37,492 nucleotides of DNA from assembly GCA_030640595.1 (NCBI GenBank), contig DAOWJC010000081.1:1-37492 (forward strand), given 5' to 3'. The DNA comes from Dehalococcoidia bacterium (GTDB taxonomy: Bacteria; Chloroflexota; Dehalococcoidia; Dehalococcoidales; DAOWJC01). Positions 37,087 to 37,492 of this stretch are shown here, piece after piece; position 1 is the first letter of the stretch, and each line of letters starts with the position of its first letter. The notes below the pieces were generated by a model. The model ran no database searches. It saw only the letters and a program-made list of their open reading frames with translations, and was not told where the DNA came from. The translations under genes and the position numbers were made by a program.

Positions 37087-37353
37087 TTATTTTAGGATAT
37101 GATGAGCGGTCAAAATCGCTTGGGTTATGGCGTAGGCTAAGGCTAACTTTACGTGTCCGTTTCTTACTTCCTCTTCGGTATGTCCTTCCACGACTTTGGA
37201 CAAAAAGGGGTCGTAACGAGATAAGAAACCCCTGTAGCCTGAATCATCAATGTCCGCCATTCTTTCAGGAATTAATTTTAGCTCTTCGTGCCATTTATCA
37301 AGAAAGGCAGTTAGAATCTGGTCAAAAACCCCTTCATTCTCTTGTCTATCCAT
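37087..37353 (-). CDS. Hypothetical small helical protein
   Basis: 88 aa. AAAGGAGAT RBS 5 nt before the ATG. Protein-like composition, unlike the overlapping plus-strand ORF. No family recognised. Confidence 0.55.
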   Translation of the reverse strand: MDRQENEGVFDQILTAFLDKWHEELKLIPERMADIDDSGYRGFLSRYDPFLSKVVEGHTEEEVRNGHVKLALAYAITQAILTAHHILK

Positions 37354-37492
37354 TTGAATCTCCTTTGGAGTCTAGTATAGGGGTGAGAGATAATGTTAGT
37401 CAATCAAAACAGAGAAGCACCGTCATCAAGGGGGTTAGGAAACATGCCAGAAGGAATTATCCCGCACCACTTAACGAATAAGCTCTGTCAAA

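Noticed and set aside
37014-37481. 155-aa plus-strand ORF whose ATG overlaps the transposase stop (ATGA)
   Set aside because: Arg/Leu-rich composition with no recognisable fold. It fully overlaps a minus-strand ORF (37087..37353) that has a strong RBS and protein-like composition. It may still mark the IS end region.

Overview
Bacterial chromosomal segment, coded almost entirely on the minus strand. The taxon cannot be fixed from sequence alone; an anaerobic Chloroflexota-like lineage is only a guess. All family calls come from motif recognition by eye, with no database search run.

Right third (core genes and mobile DNA):
- rpoB-rpoC operon (35708 to 27812, minus), with a TTGACA-17-TATGAT promoter and a hairpin terminator.
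- An IS6-family insertion sequence lies directly upstream of the rpoB promoter.
- Downstream is a tRNA-Phe(GAA) gene that keeps a consensus promoter but only its first 41 nt. It abuts a tyrosine integrase and a decayed mobile remnant (25.4-27.6 kb).

Left two thirds (about 24 kb of accessory metabolism): three minus-strand units are each preceded by the same promoter/operator core.
- Unit 1: an alkaline-phosphatase-family protein with apparently degenerate catalytic motifs, two arylsulfotransferase-like beta-propellers, and an MBL hydrolase.
- Unit 2: two C_GCAxxG_C_C proteins, a 2-keto-4-pentenoate hydratase, and IorAB.
- Unit 3: SDR, TRAP transporter and IlvD.
- Co-directional with and downstream of unit 3, behind its own 174-nt leader, is a sulfur block: Sat, a Thr-type sulfatase-like enzyme, a CysD-like PP-loop protein, two TauE/SafE permeases with small membrane partners, an AsnC-type RAM protein, and a NUMOD3/zinc-ribbon protein.
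- Plus-strand exceptions are MarR, Hbd and the IS6 transposase.

No CRISPR array, rRNA, or recognisable defence or toxin-antitoxin system was seen.

Most notable observations:
- A roughly 190-bp intergenic cassette duplicated almost verbatim at two loci, with a third partial copy sitting next to SDR gene debris.
- An in-frame 180-bp tandem duplication inside rpoB, plus a repetitive acidic RpoB tail.
- The truncated tRNA-Phe at the integrase junction.
- An organosulfur theme linking two separate gene blocks.
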